A program made the translations under genes and the position numbers. DNA of 64,000 nt. Origin: Bacillota bacterium. Its GTDB lineage: Bacteria; Bacillota; Dethiobacteria; Dethiobacterales; Dethiobacteraceae. Positions 9,727 to 18,300 of the stretch are shown piece after piece. The notes below the pieces were generated by a model. The model made no database searches, had not been told where the DNA came from, and worked only from the letters and a program-made list of their open reading frames with translations. The stretch spans positions 5,376 to 69,375 of the forward strand of contig JAAYMN010000066.1 of NCBI GenBank assembly GCA_012521345.1. The letters are read 5' to 3'. Every line of letters starts with the position of its first letter. The stretch's first letter is position 1.

Positions 9727-10248
9727 TTAAGCCACGTCCTGCCACAGGAGCGCCAGTATCTCCTCGCTGACGGCAATTGGCGTTTTGCCGGTTGTATCAA
9801 CGCGCACATGGGCGGCGTTGCGGTAAAGCTCTTCCCTCCTGTGGTATATCTCCCTGAAATCCACACCGCCTTTAAGCAATGGGCGCGTGTTGTCCCCGGC
9901 AAGTCGCCTGGCCAGTTCTTCCATTTCGGCATCCAGCCAGATTACATAGCCGGTTTCCCGAAGCAGCAAGACATTCTGCGGATTCAGGATAATGCCCCCG
10001 CCGGTAGCCAGCACAAGACCTTTCTGCCTGCAAAGCACGGCAAGGGCCTCGGCTTCCTTTTGTCGGAAAGCGGCTTCCCCCAGCGTGGCGAAAATTTCTT
10101 GCACAGTCATCCTGCTTTCTTTTTCAATCCACGCGTCAGTATCGACAAAGCGGCGGCTCAAAGCCGCAGCCAGCAGCCTGCCCACCTCCGTTTTGCCTGT
10201 CCCCATAAAGCCGATCAGGACCACATGTTTCCCGGCAATGCTTTTCAC
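9727..10248 (-). CDS. aroK: Shikimate kinase
   Basis: P-loop LIGFMGTGKTEVGRLLA, plus DTD and GGG motifs (LATGGGIIL). The length of about 173 aa fits. GTG start with GGGAGG upstream. Confidence 0.9.
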   Translation of the reverse strand: MKSIAGKHVVLIGFMGTGKTEVGRLLAAALSRRFVDTDAWIEKESRMTVQEIFATLGEAAFRQKEAEALAVLCRQKGLVLATGGGIILNPQNVLLLRETGYVIWLDAEMEELARRLAGDNTRPLLKGGVDFREIYHRREELYRNAAHVRVDTTGKTPIAVSEEILALLWQDVA

Positions 10249-10288
10249 TGACCCGGTGCCTCCCGCCCTACATTTTTACTCGCTTTCC

Positions 10289-10318
10289 AGTATACATGAA
10301 TGTGCTGCCGTAAGACAA
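10289..10318 (-). promoter_or_regulatory. Candidate sigma-A promoter for aroK
   Basis: On the minus strand: TTGTCT (10318-10313), an 18-nt spacer, then TATACT (10294-10289), about 40 nt upstream of the aroK GTG. Confidence 0.3.
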
Positions 10319-10386
10319 GCCCGTTTGTATCACCGGTTGGGTATATTGAACATGTCTGTCCAGGCAATGACAGGAGCAAAGCCCGG

Positions 10387-10833
10387 CTAGGGCGGGTTGT
10401 CGTCAACCCGCACGCGGCCTGTAACAGGCGTCACAATAATATATTTTTTTCTTCCCTTTGCATCGGACAGTGCCAGGTGGCCTCCCCTGTTCGGTGCGCC
10501 GGTGAAACGAAAAGCCAGGGTGGGGCGCCTGTCCACCTCGAGAAAATTGACAGCCGCAAAAGACACTCCCTGCGGCAGCTCCCGCCAAACCGTCCCGCCT
10601 AGCAGGTTTAAGCGGTAGCGGCCTCCCGCTTCATAAAACACCAGCGAGCAGGTTAGGCCGTGGGTAATGGCAGTCTCACGCACCTCCCGCATATCACTCG
10701 CCATTTCCCTGACGGCTGTCTGCAGCCGCCAGGAAGCAAGCGCCGACACTGCCGGCACAGCCAGTGCCGCCACTATTGCCAAGAGAAGTAGCACCACAAG
10801 TATTTCCAGCAAGGTAAATCCTTTTTTGCCCAT
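10387..10833 (-). CDS. Type IV minor pilin / GspH-FimT-like pseudopilin
   Basis: Prepilin leader and cleavage motif MGKKG|FTLLEILVVLLLLAIVAALAVPA. Size is 148 aa. Confidence 0.85.
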   Translation of the reverse strand: MGKKGFTLLEILVVLLLLAIVAALAVPAVSALASWRLQTAVREMASDMREVRETAITHGLTCSLVFYEAGGRYRLNLLGGTVWRELPQGVSFAAVNFLEVDRRPTLAFRFTGAPNRGGHLALSDAKGRKKYIIVTPVTGRVRVDDNPP

Positions 10834-10836
10834 ATG

Positions 10837-11883
10837 TCATCTCCGCGGTTCCGGATCGGCCCACTCCAGGTCAAAAGTTGCGCCCAGCCGGAACAACTCT
10901 TTTGGCAGGATCTCCAGGTAAGCCCAAACAGCTTCGTCACAATAGCGCACATGCAGCTTGTTTATCTCCATCTCGCCCGCCACCAGGCAGCCGGCAAAGT
11001 AAAGCATTTCCTCGCCGCTGCGCAGCATGTCCCCTGCGGCATAGAGAAAGAGAGACCCCTCCCAGACGGAGACAGGCGGCAAGATGACATCTCCCGCCGC
11101 CAGGGCAGCCACGCGGCTGCCGGGAGCCACTCCGGCCACAGTAATGTCACCGTCAGCCACAAGAAAGCAGTCTGCCGTCTCCTGCAGGTCAATGACAGCA
11201 TCATCCGGGGCAAAAAGAGGCCCTGCCGCGGGGCCTGTCATGATGTATTCCCCGCCGGCGGAAAGCGGCGGTTCTTCCCAGTTTTCCACCTCTGCCCGCT
11301 GCCGCAGGGCGCTGAAATCAACAGCCGCAGATTGTTGAAGCCAGTCCGGGCAGAGATGGCCGCTCACAGTATAGGTTGCCCCGGCGGCAGTCTCCACCCG
11401 TTCCGCTCGCAGGTCCCCGTCAATGCTGCTTATACCTGACGCAAAAAACACCTTCCGGGCAGTCACATGCCCTTCCGCGGACAGTTCGCCGGCAGCAAGC
11501 TTCCCCGCCACCAGTACCTGCCTGCCCAGCGGCCGGTAGGTTGCCGGCACTTCCACTTTCTGAGCGAGATTACCCGCATATCCGACGGAGGTAATCAGCA
11601 GGGTGCGGTTGTCCTTTTTTTCCGCCTGCACGGCAAAAGCAGGATCATGAGCATGCTCATAAAGCCAGCCCTCTTCCCCTAAATCAATAAAAGACTGCCC
11701 CAGATATGCCACGGCCAGTTCTACCCCCGCCTCGGCCGCGTACTGTGCCCTGGCTGCATTAAGCAGGTGGGCGCTCACTGTAAGCTCCGTACGGGACAAG
11801 CCAAGGAGCGATGTTCCCAGAATCAAAAGCAGAGCAACCAGAAAAAGCAGCCAGAGCATGGCTGCACCGCGCCCGCATGTCAT
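10837..11883 (-). CDS. PilX-N-like pilus assembly protein (large minor pilin-associated protein)
   Basis: N-terminal hydrophobic segment LWLLFLVALLLILGTSLLGLSRTELTVSAH..ARAQYAAEAG is typical of the PilX N-terminal domain. It sits within the minor-pilin block and has a 4-nt overlap with the upstream gene. Confidence 0.65.
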   Translation of the reverse strand: MTCGRGAAMLWLLFLVALLLILGTSLLGLSRTELTVSAHLLNAARAQYAAEAGVELAVAYLGQSFIDLGEEGWLYEHAHDPAFAVQAEKKDNRTLLITSVGYAGNLAQKVEVPATYRPLGRQVLVAGKLAAGELSAEGHVTARKVFFASGISSIDGDLRAERVETAAGATYTVSGHLCPDWLQQSAAVDFSALRQRAEVENWEEPPLSAGGEYIMTGPAAGPLFAPDDAVIDLQETADCFLVADGDITVAGVAPGSRVAALAAGDVILPPVSVWEGSLFLYAAGDMLRSGEEMLYFAGCLVAGEMEINKLHVRYCDEAVWAYLEILPKELFRLGATFDLEWADPEPRR

Positions 11884-12314
11884 GGCACCCCACCTGCCGA
11901 AAGATTCCGCGGCCGCACGGCAGAGCGGACGACTGCCTTCTGTCCCGCTTCTGAAACTTCCAGTGCCACAGTCAAAACCCCACCCGCCGCAAGCCGCCCG
12001 GCAGGTGCAAAAGATAAGCTATCCACACAGGCGGCCAGAGGCACGGACACTCCCTCCGGCAAGCGCAAAAGCAATTGCCGCCCGGAGGTATACAGACGGT
12101 AACGCTTTTCCTCACCCGCTATTTTTTTGTAATATGTAAGATTCTTCCCCGCCGCATCCACTTCCACGCGACAGGCATAAAGCAGCTCATGCAGCACCTC
12201 TTCCATGGCAATTCGCAGGTGCTGCTGCGCTTCCGCCCGGCCGGCTCCCTCTTCCCAGCCCTGTGCCATAAACTGCAAAAACGGCAACAGGGCGGCCACT
12301 GTCACCGCCAGCAA
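11880..12314 (-). CDS. Type IV minor pilin (PilW/PulJ-like); the 5' end appears frameshifted
   Basis: The in-frame sequence upstream of the track start reads ...GFTITEFLVATALLAVTVAALL, a prepilin motif. The only SD-preceded ATG (12361) is in another frame; see the findings. Confidence 0.65.
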   Translation of the reverse strand: MLAVTVAALLPFLQFMAQGWEEGAGRAEAQQHLRIAMEEVLHELLYACRVEVDAAGKNLTYYKKIAGEEKRYRLYTSGRQLLLRLPEGVSVPLAACVDSLSFAPAGRLAAGGVLTVALEVSEAGQKAVVRSAVRPRNLSAGGVP

Positions 12315-12371
12315 AGCTGTGGCGACTAAAAACTCCGTTATGGTAAAGCCTTCTTCCCCATGAGTTTATTC

Positions 12372-12743
12372 TCACCTCCATGTCCGCCACGTCAAAAGCT
12401 GCACAGACTGGCGGCGTACACCCTGCTGCCAGGAAACGGTCACGTTTACCTCTTTCAGCGGCAGGACGCCGGCGGCAGCAGCGACATCCCTTACTTCCAC
12501 AGCCCTTGTATAACCGGCAAAACCGTCCACCTCCGCTTCCCCGGCACTGCTGATTTCACAAAAATGACAACAAGCCATTTCCAGTCCCTCAATTGCCAAA
12601 TTGGCCGCAACAGTCCGCCGTCCAGCCAAAAGCAAGCCTTCCCTGCCCGCAAGCAACAGCGCCGTTAGAGGTGGCGCCAAAAGCGCCAGCAGCGCCAGAA
12701 CCACCAGCAGTTCCAACAATAAAAAACCGCTTTCTTTTCTCAT
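12372..12743 (-). CDS. Type IV minor pilin / pseudopilin
   Basis: MRKESG|FLLLELLVVLALLALLAP shows a prepilin-type N-terminus with E at +5. Confidence 0.8.
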   Translation of the reverse strand: MRKESGFLLLELLVVLALLALLAPPLTALLLAGREGLLLAGRRTVAANLAIEGLEMACCHFCEISSAGEAEVDGFAGYTRAVEVRDVAAAAGVLPLKEVNVTVSWQQGVRRQSVQLLTWRTWR

Positions 12744-12787
12744 CTCTCAGTCTCCAAAGCAAATCTTTTCCAGCAAATACCAGACCT

Positions 12788-13570
12788 TTATGTTTGACCG
12801 GACAAAAACGCAGATAAAAATTCAACAAATCCGCCGGTGCGCAGGTACCAGGCAATAATTTGCTTGCCCCACATGCTGACGAGAAAAGCTGCCAGCACCA
12901 AAAAGGGGCCAAAAGGGATTGCGTCTTTGCGCCTTTTTACTTTCAAAGCCAAGAGAATTACTCCAAACGCACCGCCGCCAAGAAAAGCAAGAAAAATTAA
13001 CGGCAGCAGCAATTTCCAGCCATACCACAGCCCCAACATAGCTGCCAGTTTAACATCTCCCTCTCCCATGCCGCCCCGGCTGAGGGAGGCCAGCAGGAAA
13101 AAGAACCCGCCGCCCAGCAGCATACCCGCCACCGCCTGCAGGAAAAATATTTCCCCGGCCAGCAGGCGGGCAGGCAGAAAAACGGCAAGTAACAATACCA
13201 GGCAGTTGGGAATTACCATGTGGTCCAGGTCAATAAATAAAATAACAATAAGGACGGCAAAAAAAGCGGCATGCCATAACAAGGCGGGCCAGCCGAAACG
13301 CCAGGCTAAGGCGGCAAAAACGAGGCCTGTTAAAATTTCCACCAACAGGTAACGCGGAGAAATTACAGCCCCGCAGCCACGGCAGTGCCCCCGCTGCCAC
13401 AGGTAGCTAACCACCGGTACAAGTTCTGCAGCCTGCAGCCTCCTGCCGCAGGCGGGACAGTGCGACGGCGGATATGCAACAGACTCTTTTCGGGGCAGGC
13501 GATAAATACAGACATTCAGAAATGACCCGCAAAGCAGACCGCAGACAAACGCCATTAACACCGGCAGCAT
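12788..13570 (-). CDS. pilD: Prepilin peptidase (A24 family aspartic peptidase / N-methyltransferase)
   Basis: N-terminal CxxC...CxxC region (CPACGRRL...CRGCGAVI). Polytopic, with DLDHMVIPN and GMGEGDVKLAAMLG motifs. Confidence 0.93.
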   Translation of the reverse strand: MLPVLMAFVCGLLCGSFLNVCIYRLPRKESVAYPPSHCPACGRRLQAAELVPVVSYLWQRGHCRGCGAVISPRYLLVEILTGLVFAALAWRFGWPALLWHAAFFAVLIVILFIDLDHMVIPNCLVLLLAVFLPARLLAGEIFFLQAVAGMLLGGGFFFLLASLSRGGMGEGDVKLAAMLGLWYGWKLLLPLIFLAFLGGGAFGVILLALKVKRRKDAIPFGPFLVLAAFLVSMWGKQIIAWYLRTGGFVEFLSAFLSGQT

Positions 13571-13619
13571 TTTGGCATCCTTCCCGGATCGGAAAGATTT
13601 ATCGCAAGTTTCCGTTCCA

Positions 13620-15326
13620 TTACATAACCACCCTCAATATTTCTTCAATCGACGTAATCCCCTGCTTTACTTTGTACAAACCGTCCTGGCGGAGTGTTAT
13701 CATGCCCTCTTTCACCGCCAGGTTTTTTATTTCCGCCGCCGACCGCTGCTCCAAAGCAAGCTTTTGAATACCCTCCGTCACAAGCAGCAGTTCAAAAATA
13801 CCTATCCTTCCGGCATAACCTGTGTTGCTGCAGCAGAGGCAGCCGTTTTTATGCGGGCGGAAGAGCCTGATCTTATCTTCACCCGGTTCCAGCGGAAAGT
13901 CGGCAATTATTTCCGCCATCTTGCGGGTGATAAAGTATTCTTCCTTGCACTGCGGACACAGTTTGCGCGCCAGCCTCTGGGCCAAAATTCCCACAACCGA
14001 AGAGACTGTCAGGTACGGCTCCACTCCCATTTCCGTCAGGCGGCTGATGGCTCCCGCCGCATCATTTGTATGCAGGGTGGCAAACACCAAGTGTCCTGTC
14101 AGCGCCGACTCAATGGCTATCTGGGCAGTTTCCCTGTCCCGGATTTCCCCAACCATAATAATATCAGGGTCGCTGCGCAGGATGGACCGCAAGCCGGAGG
14201 CAAAAGTCAGCCCGGCTTTGGGATTGATCTGGATCTGGCTAATACCTTCCATCCTGTATTCCACCGGGTCCTCAATTGTAACAACATTTTTGGCCACTCT
14301 GTCCACCGCCGCCAGGCTGGCATAGAGGGTGGTGCTTTTACCGCTGCCCGTTGGTCCCGTCACAGGGATAAAACCGTAAGGCAGGTTGATCAGCTTTTTA
14401 TATTTCTCAAGGATTTGCGGCGCTACCCCCAGTTCTTCCAATGTGATTGCCCGGTCGCTGCGTTCCAGCAGGCGGAGTGTGACCCGCTCGCCGTAGCTGG
14501 CAGGCAGGGTGGCAACCCGCACGTCTACTTTTCGCCCTTCCACCTTAATCGACATGCGCCCGTCCTGAGGAACCCGCCGCTCCGCAATATCCATATTGGC
14601 CATAATTTTAAAACGGGTAACCAGGGGGCCATGCATCCGCCGCGGCGGGTGCATCACATCATGGAGAACACCATCGATACGAAAACGTACCCTTAATGAT
14701 TTTTCATCAACTTCAAGATGGACATCGCTGGCCTTTGCATTCACTGCCTGTGCAAGGATAATGTTGGCCAGCTGCACGGCCGGTTTTTCCGCATCAAAAG
14801 ACGCTATGAGCGCTTCTTCCGCCGGTTCTTCCTCCGGGCTAAAATGGTCTCCTGTTATTCCTTCCACGCTGACACTGGCCTGGCTGTAATTGTTTATTAC
14901 CGCCTCCAGCTCGCTGTCAGTCACCACCACTGCCTGAATGTTGTGTCCCGTAAGCACCCGCAGGTCATCCAAGACAAAGATATCCAGCGGTTGCTCCATG
15001 GCAACCAGCAGACGCCCGTCTTCCGTAAAATCAATAGGCAGCGCCTTGTACCGCCTGGCAATTTCCGCCGGGATGGTCGCCATGGCCGCCTCTTTGAGCG
15101 GGTATTTTTTCAGGCTGATAAAGGGAACACCGGCGCGCCGGGCAACTGTTCTCGCAATATCCTCTTCCGTGCAGAACCCCAGCCGGACAAGAACACTGCC
15201 CAAAGACAGCCTGTCGTCCTCATGTTCTTTCAGATAGTGCATGGCTTCCGCCAGCTGCTCTTCTGTAACAATCACGTCCTGAACAAGCTGTCTCCCCAAA
15301 GAATCATTCAGACCGTATTGCCTCAT
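13620..15326 (-). CDS. pilB: Type IV pilus assembly ATPase PilB (GspE family)
   Basis: T2SSE N-terminal domain, Walker A GPTGSGKSTT, Asp/His boxes, and a tetracysteine motif (CPQC...CLCC). Confidence 0.95.
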   Translation of the reverse strand: MRQYGLNDSLGRQLVQDVIVTEEQLAEAMHYLKEHEDDRLSLGSVLVRLGFCTEEDIARTVARRAGVPFISLKKYPLKEAAMATIPAEIARRYKALPIDFTEDGRLLVAMEQPLDIFVLDDLRVLTGHNIQAVVVTDSELEAVINNYSQASVSVEGITGDHFSPEEEPAEEALIASFDAEKPAVQLANIILAQAVNAKASDVHLEVDEKSLRVRFRIDGVLHDVMHPPRRMHGPLVTRFKIMANMDIAERRVPQDGRMSIKVEGRKVDVRVATLPASYGERVTLRLLERSDRAITLEELGVAPQILEKYKKLINLPYGFIPVTGPTGSGKSTTLYASLAAVDRVAKNVVTIEDPVEYRMEGISQIQINPKAGLTFASGLRSILRSDPDIIMVGEIRDRETAQIAIESALTGHLVFATLHTNDAAGAISRLTEMGVEPYLTVSSVVGILAQRLARKLCPQCKEEYFITRKMAEIIADFPLEPGEDKIRLFRPHKNGCLCCSNTGYAGRIGIFELLLVTEGIQKLALEQRSAAEIKNLAVKEGMITLRQDGLYKVKQGITSIEEILRVVM

Positions 15327-15446
15327 ACTCGCAAACCCCCCGTTAATACCATCCGCTTCGGGCCTGAAAAAATCGCGACCGGACTTCGGCCTCGCCGCCG
15401 GTTTCCGGAAAGCAGCCTCCTCTTGCTGGAGCAGGGGAAGGTCGCT

Positions 15447-15968
15447 TTAAGGCTGGAAAAATGTGCTTGCTTTGATGCTGATAGCAAAATTTCCCTGCTG
15501 CTGGCGCTCATTGATGCGGAGTTCCTGCAGGCGGACGGCCCGCTCCGACAGCCTCAGGTAATCAAGAAAAGCCAAAAGACAGGAATACTTGCCTTCAAGC
15601 TGCAGCTCCAGCGGGATTTCTCTATACCCCTGCCGGTCAATATGCTCCCCGTAACTGATCTGCAGCAGAGTCATCCCTGATAGGTCCGCCCCGGCCTGCA
15701 GATCCAATAAAAGCCTTCCTTCCGCAGGCTCTTCCGGCAAAAGCCGGGTCAACATCTCCAGTTCTGCTGCGAGCTTCTCCCCGATCAGCCTTTGCCCTTG
15801 CAGCATGGCCAGTTTTCTTTCACTTGCCAAAAGCACTTGTTTTGCCGCAGCCAACGCCTCTTTTTGCCTGCGCCATTCCTGAAACTGCAGCCAACATAAA
15901 ACAGCTGCTGCCGCCAGGAGAAAGGACACAACAAGCAGTACCGGAGGAAGCTGTCTGCTTCTCATCAC
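15447..15968 (-). CDS. pilO: Type IV pilus biogenesis protein PilO
   Basis: Single TM helix, coiled coil, then a ferredoxin-like C-terminus (PLELQLEGKYSCLLAFLDYL). It lies downstream of pilN with a 4-nt overlap. Confidence 0.8.
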   Translation of the reverse strand: MMRSRQLPPVLLVVSFLLAAAAVLCWLQFQEWRRQKEALAAAKQVLLASERKLAMLQGQRLIGEKLAAELEMLTRLLPEEPAEGRLLLDLQAGADLSGMTLLQISYGEHIDRQGYREIPLELQLEGKYSCLLAFLDYLRLSERAVRLQELRINERQQQGNFAISIKASTFFQP

Positions 15969-16549
15969 TCTTCACTCCTCCCGGCCGGCTGAGGAAGTTC
16001 CCCGGTAAACACCTCTGCCTCAAGCTTAAAACGTACAAGCTCCCCGTCTGCACCCTGCTCCAACGAGGAAAAGTTGATCCGTACGCCTGAAATATTGGGG
16101 ACAGCTTCCAGTACACCCGCCCAGTCTGCTGCAGCGGAATGACTGTCTGCCAACCCGTGCAGTGTCAAAGTACCCGATGCACCGTCAAAAACAAGCTCCA
16201 GGTTTGTCAGCCGGACACTGGCAGGGATCTGTCCCCCCAGTTCGGCAAGCGTCTCCCGCCAGCCAAATTCAGCCCCCATGGCTATAGTCAACAAGTTTTT
16301 TTTCACGTCGAGACTTTTCTGCAGTTCCGAAAGCGGTTCGTACTGCTCAATGTCCCTTTCTACAAATGCACGCTGCTTCTGTATACCGGCAATTTCAGCC
16401 GCCGTTTGCTGCGCAAGACAATCCAACTTGCCGAATATACCTAACAGCAGCGCCGCCAGGAGAAGAACCGCCAGGGAGCACCACTTCTGCCGGGACTTCC
16501 GCCTTTGCTCAGCCGCAATTTCAGCAGGCAGGAGGTTGATTTTAATCAT
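15965..16549 (-). CDS. pilN: Type IV pilus biogenesis protein PilN
   Basis: MIKINLLPAEIAAEQRRK followed by a TM helix is the canonical PilN N-terminus. Confidence 0.88.
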   Translation of the reverse strand: MIKINLLPAEIAAEQRRKSRQKWCSLAVLLLAALLLGIFGKLDCLAQQTAAEIAGIQKQRAFVERDIEQYEPLSELQKSLDVKKNLLTIAMGAEFGWRETLAELGGQIPASVRLTNLELVFDGASGTLTLHGLADSHSAAADWAGVLEAVPNISGVRINFSSLEQGADGELVRFKLEAEVFTGELPQPAGRSEE

Positions 16550-16551
16550 AC

Positions 16552-17574
16552 CTACACCTCCAGCCCGCGCAGTGCCAACGCCAGGCTGACGGCAAATTCC
16601 GGCTGCGAAAGGTCAACACCCGGTTTTCCCTGTACACCGGCGGCAGCTTGAGGTACAGCCACTTCAGCCGGCAATTGCAGTTCATCCTGCAAGAGTGTCG
16701 CCAGCCCGTGGACACGCGCCCCCAGGCCGCTGAGAACCAGCCTGTCCACTTTCTTGAACCGGTCATGGCGTACATAATAACCGAGGGAGATTTTAATTTC
16801 ACGGGCGACTATTTTGCACCAGTGCCGGACGTACATATCCTCCCCCGTACTCTTTTCCACTGCAGCCGCCACAAACTTGTCGTGCCGCCGGTCTCCGCCT
16901 GCCGCCACTTCCAGGTCTTTCAGGCACTGCTTAAGCGACACAGGCAGCATGCGGGCAAAACGCGGCATACCGTTTACTGCTATGACGATACTGCTCAACC
17001 CCAAAGCCAGGTCAACCATTACAACAATCCCCTGCCTTTTTGCCGGCGGCAGGAGCCGGGGCAGTGCCAGCGGCGACGCATCAACCACCACAGGCGTCAG
17101 TCTGCCGTGCCAAAAGGCTTGCAGGCATGCCATGAGCTGCTCCCGCCTGGCAGCTACCAACAGCACTTCATTAAGCAGCTCATTGTCAGCGTATGCCTCA
17201 CCAACAACAGCAAAATCCAGCACCGTCTGTGAGACGGGAATGGGCAGATGCGCCCCGGCCTGCAGGCGCAGTGCTTTTTTTATTTTCTCCCCCGGCAGCC
17301 TGGGAAAAGTAATCATGCGTATTAACACGCTCCGGTTAAATATTCCCGGCACTACCCGGCGGCTGCCAAACCTTGCTTCCTGCCAAAGGCTTTGCAAGGC
17401 TTTGCCCACCGCAGCTGCATCATTGACAACCCCGTCAATTATTGCCTCTTCCGGAACCTGCACCCGACCGGCTCCCACAACAAACGGCTTGCCGCTTTCC
17501 CCTTTAATTTCCACCGCCCGGAGTACTCCCGTGTCAAGTTCCACACCGACAATTCTGCTACTTCGCAGTTCCAT
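16552..17574 (-). CDS. pilM: Type IV pilus assembly protein PilM (actin-like ATPase fold)
   Basis: IVGVELDTGVLRAVEIK...VVDASPLAL...VMVDLALGLSSIVI is PilM/FtsA-like. It lies directly upstream of pilN. Confidence 0.9.
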   Translation of the reverse strand: MELRSSRIVGVELDTGVLRAVEIKGESGKPFVVGAGRVQVPEEAIIDGVVNDAAAVGKALQSLWQEARFGSRRVVPGIFNRSVLIRMITFPRLPGEKIKKALRLQAGAHLPIPVSQTVLDFAVVGEAYADNELLNEVLLVAARREQLMACLQAFWHGRLTPVVVDASPLALPRLLPPAKRQGIVVMVDLALGLSSIVIAVNGMPRFARMLPVSLKQCLKDLEVAAGGDRRHDKFVAAAVEKSTGEDMYVRHWCKIVAREIKISLGYYVRHDRFKKVDRLVLSGLGARVHGLATLLQDELQLPAEVAVPQAAAGVQGKPGVDLSQPEFAVSLALALRGLEV

Positions 17575-17587
17575 AATCTACCCCCGG

Positions 17588-18286
17588 TCAGACTTTTAGT
17601 ATTTTCGCCAGCTGCTGCAAACTCTTGTGTAAAATTCTGGACACATGCCGCTGGCTGATTCCCAGCAATCTGCCTGCCTGCGACTGGGTTAAGTCCCTGT
17701 AAAACAATAAATAAACTACTTTTTTCTGCAGCCTGCTTAACCGGCTGAAAGCTTCCTCCAGCCAGATTTTTTCTTCAATGGGCAGCCGGAAACTTTCATA
17801 AGACAGTGACCGGATCTGCTTCAGATCTATTTCTTCCAAAGAAACCAGTCCGGCCCGCATGGTCTCGATAATACCTTCCTCTTTGACATTCAGGCAAAGG
17901 GCAATCTCCGCAAGCCCCGGCGGTTCCCCCTTTTCTTTCACCACCGCTTCCACATAAGCATCAATTTTATGCTGCAGGTCTTTTATCACACCGGGCCGGT
18001 AATAAGCCGCCTCCCTGCGGATATAATGCCTGATCTCGCCCATTATACAGTGTGACGCATACGTGGAAAATGCCACTCCCCTGCCGGCATCAAACCTGCG
18101 CACCGCCTTCAGCAGTCCTTCCCTTCCCGCCTGCATCACATCTTCCGCAGCGCCCCCGGTATAAAGGCGGGCAAAATGCCGCACCAGCCGATCGGCCGCA
18201 GCAACAAGCTCTGCCAGGTCATCGTTGCTAAAACTGCTGCTGTAGCGATAATACAGGCTGTCCAAATTTTCCCGCCGCACCGCCAT
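17588..18286 (-). CDS. Group-3 sigma-70 family sigma factor (SigB/F/G-FliA-like) embedded in the pilus operon
   Basis: Region 2 (GREGLLKAVRRFDAGRGVAFSTYASHCIMGEIRHYIRR), a region 3 segment, and a region 4 HTH (LTQSQAGRLLGISQRHVSRILHKSL). Confidence 0.88.
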   Translation of the reverse strand: MAVRRENLDSLYYRYSSSFSNDDLAELVAAADRLVRHFARLYTGGAAEDVMQAGREGLLKAVRRFDAGRGVAFSTYASHCIMGEIRHYIRREAAYYRPGVIKDLQHKIDAYVEAVVKEKGEPPGLAEIALCLNVKEEGIIETMRAGLVSLEEIDLKQIRSLSYESFRLPIEEKIWLEEAFSRLSRLQKKVVYLLFYRDLTQSQAGRLLGISQRHVSRILHKSLQQLAKILKV

Positions 18287-18300
18287 GCCAATCTGTCCCC

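Noticed and set aside
9648-9932. N-terminal 95-codon extension of the M24 peptidase ORF, which overlaps the 3' end of aroK.
   Set aside because: The extension has no similarity to peptidase N-termini. The conserved creatinase-like domain begins at [11 protein letters not shown] (ATG 9647), and the extension would overlap aroK by about 200 nt.
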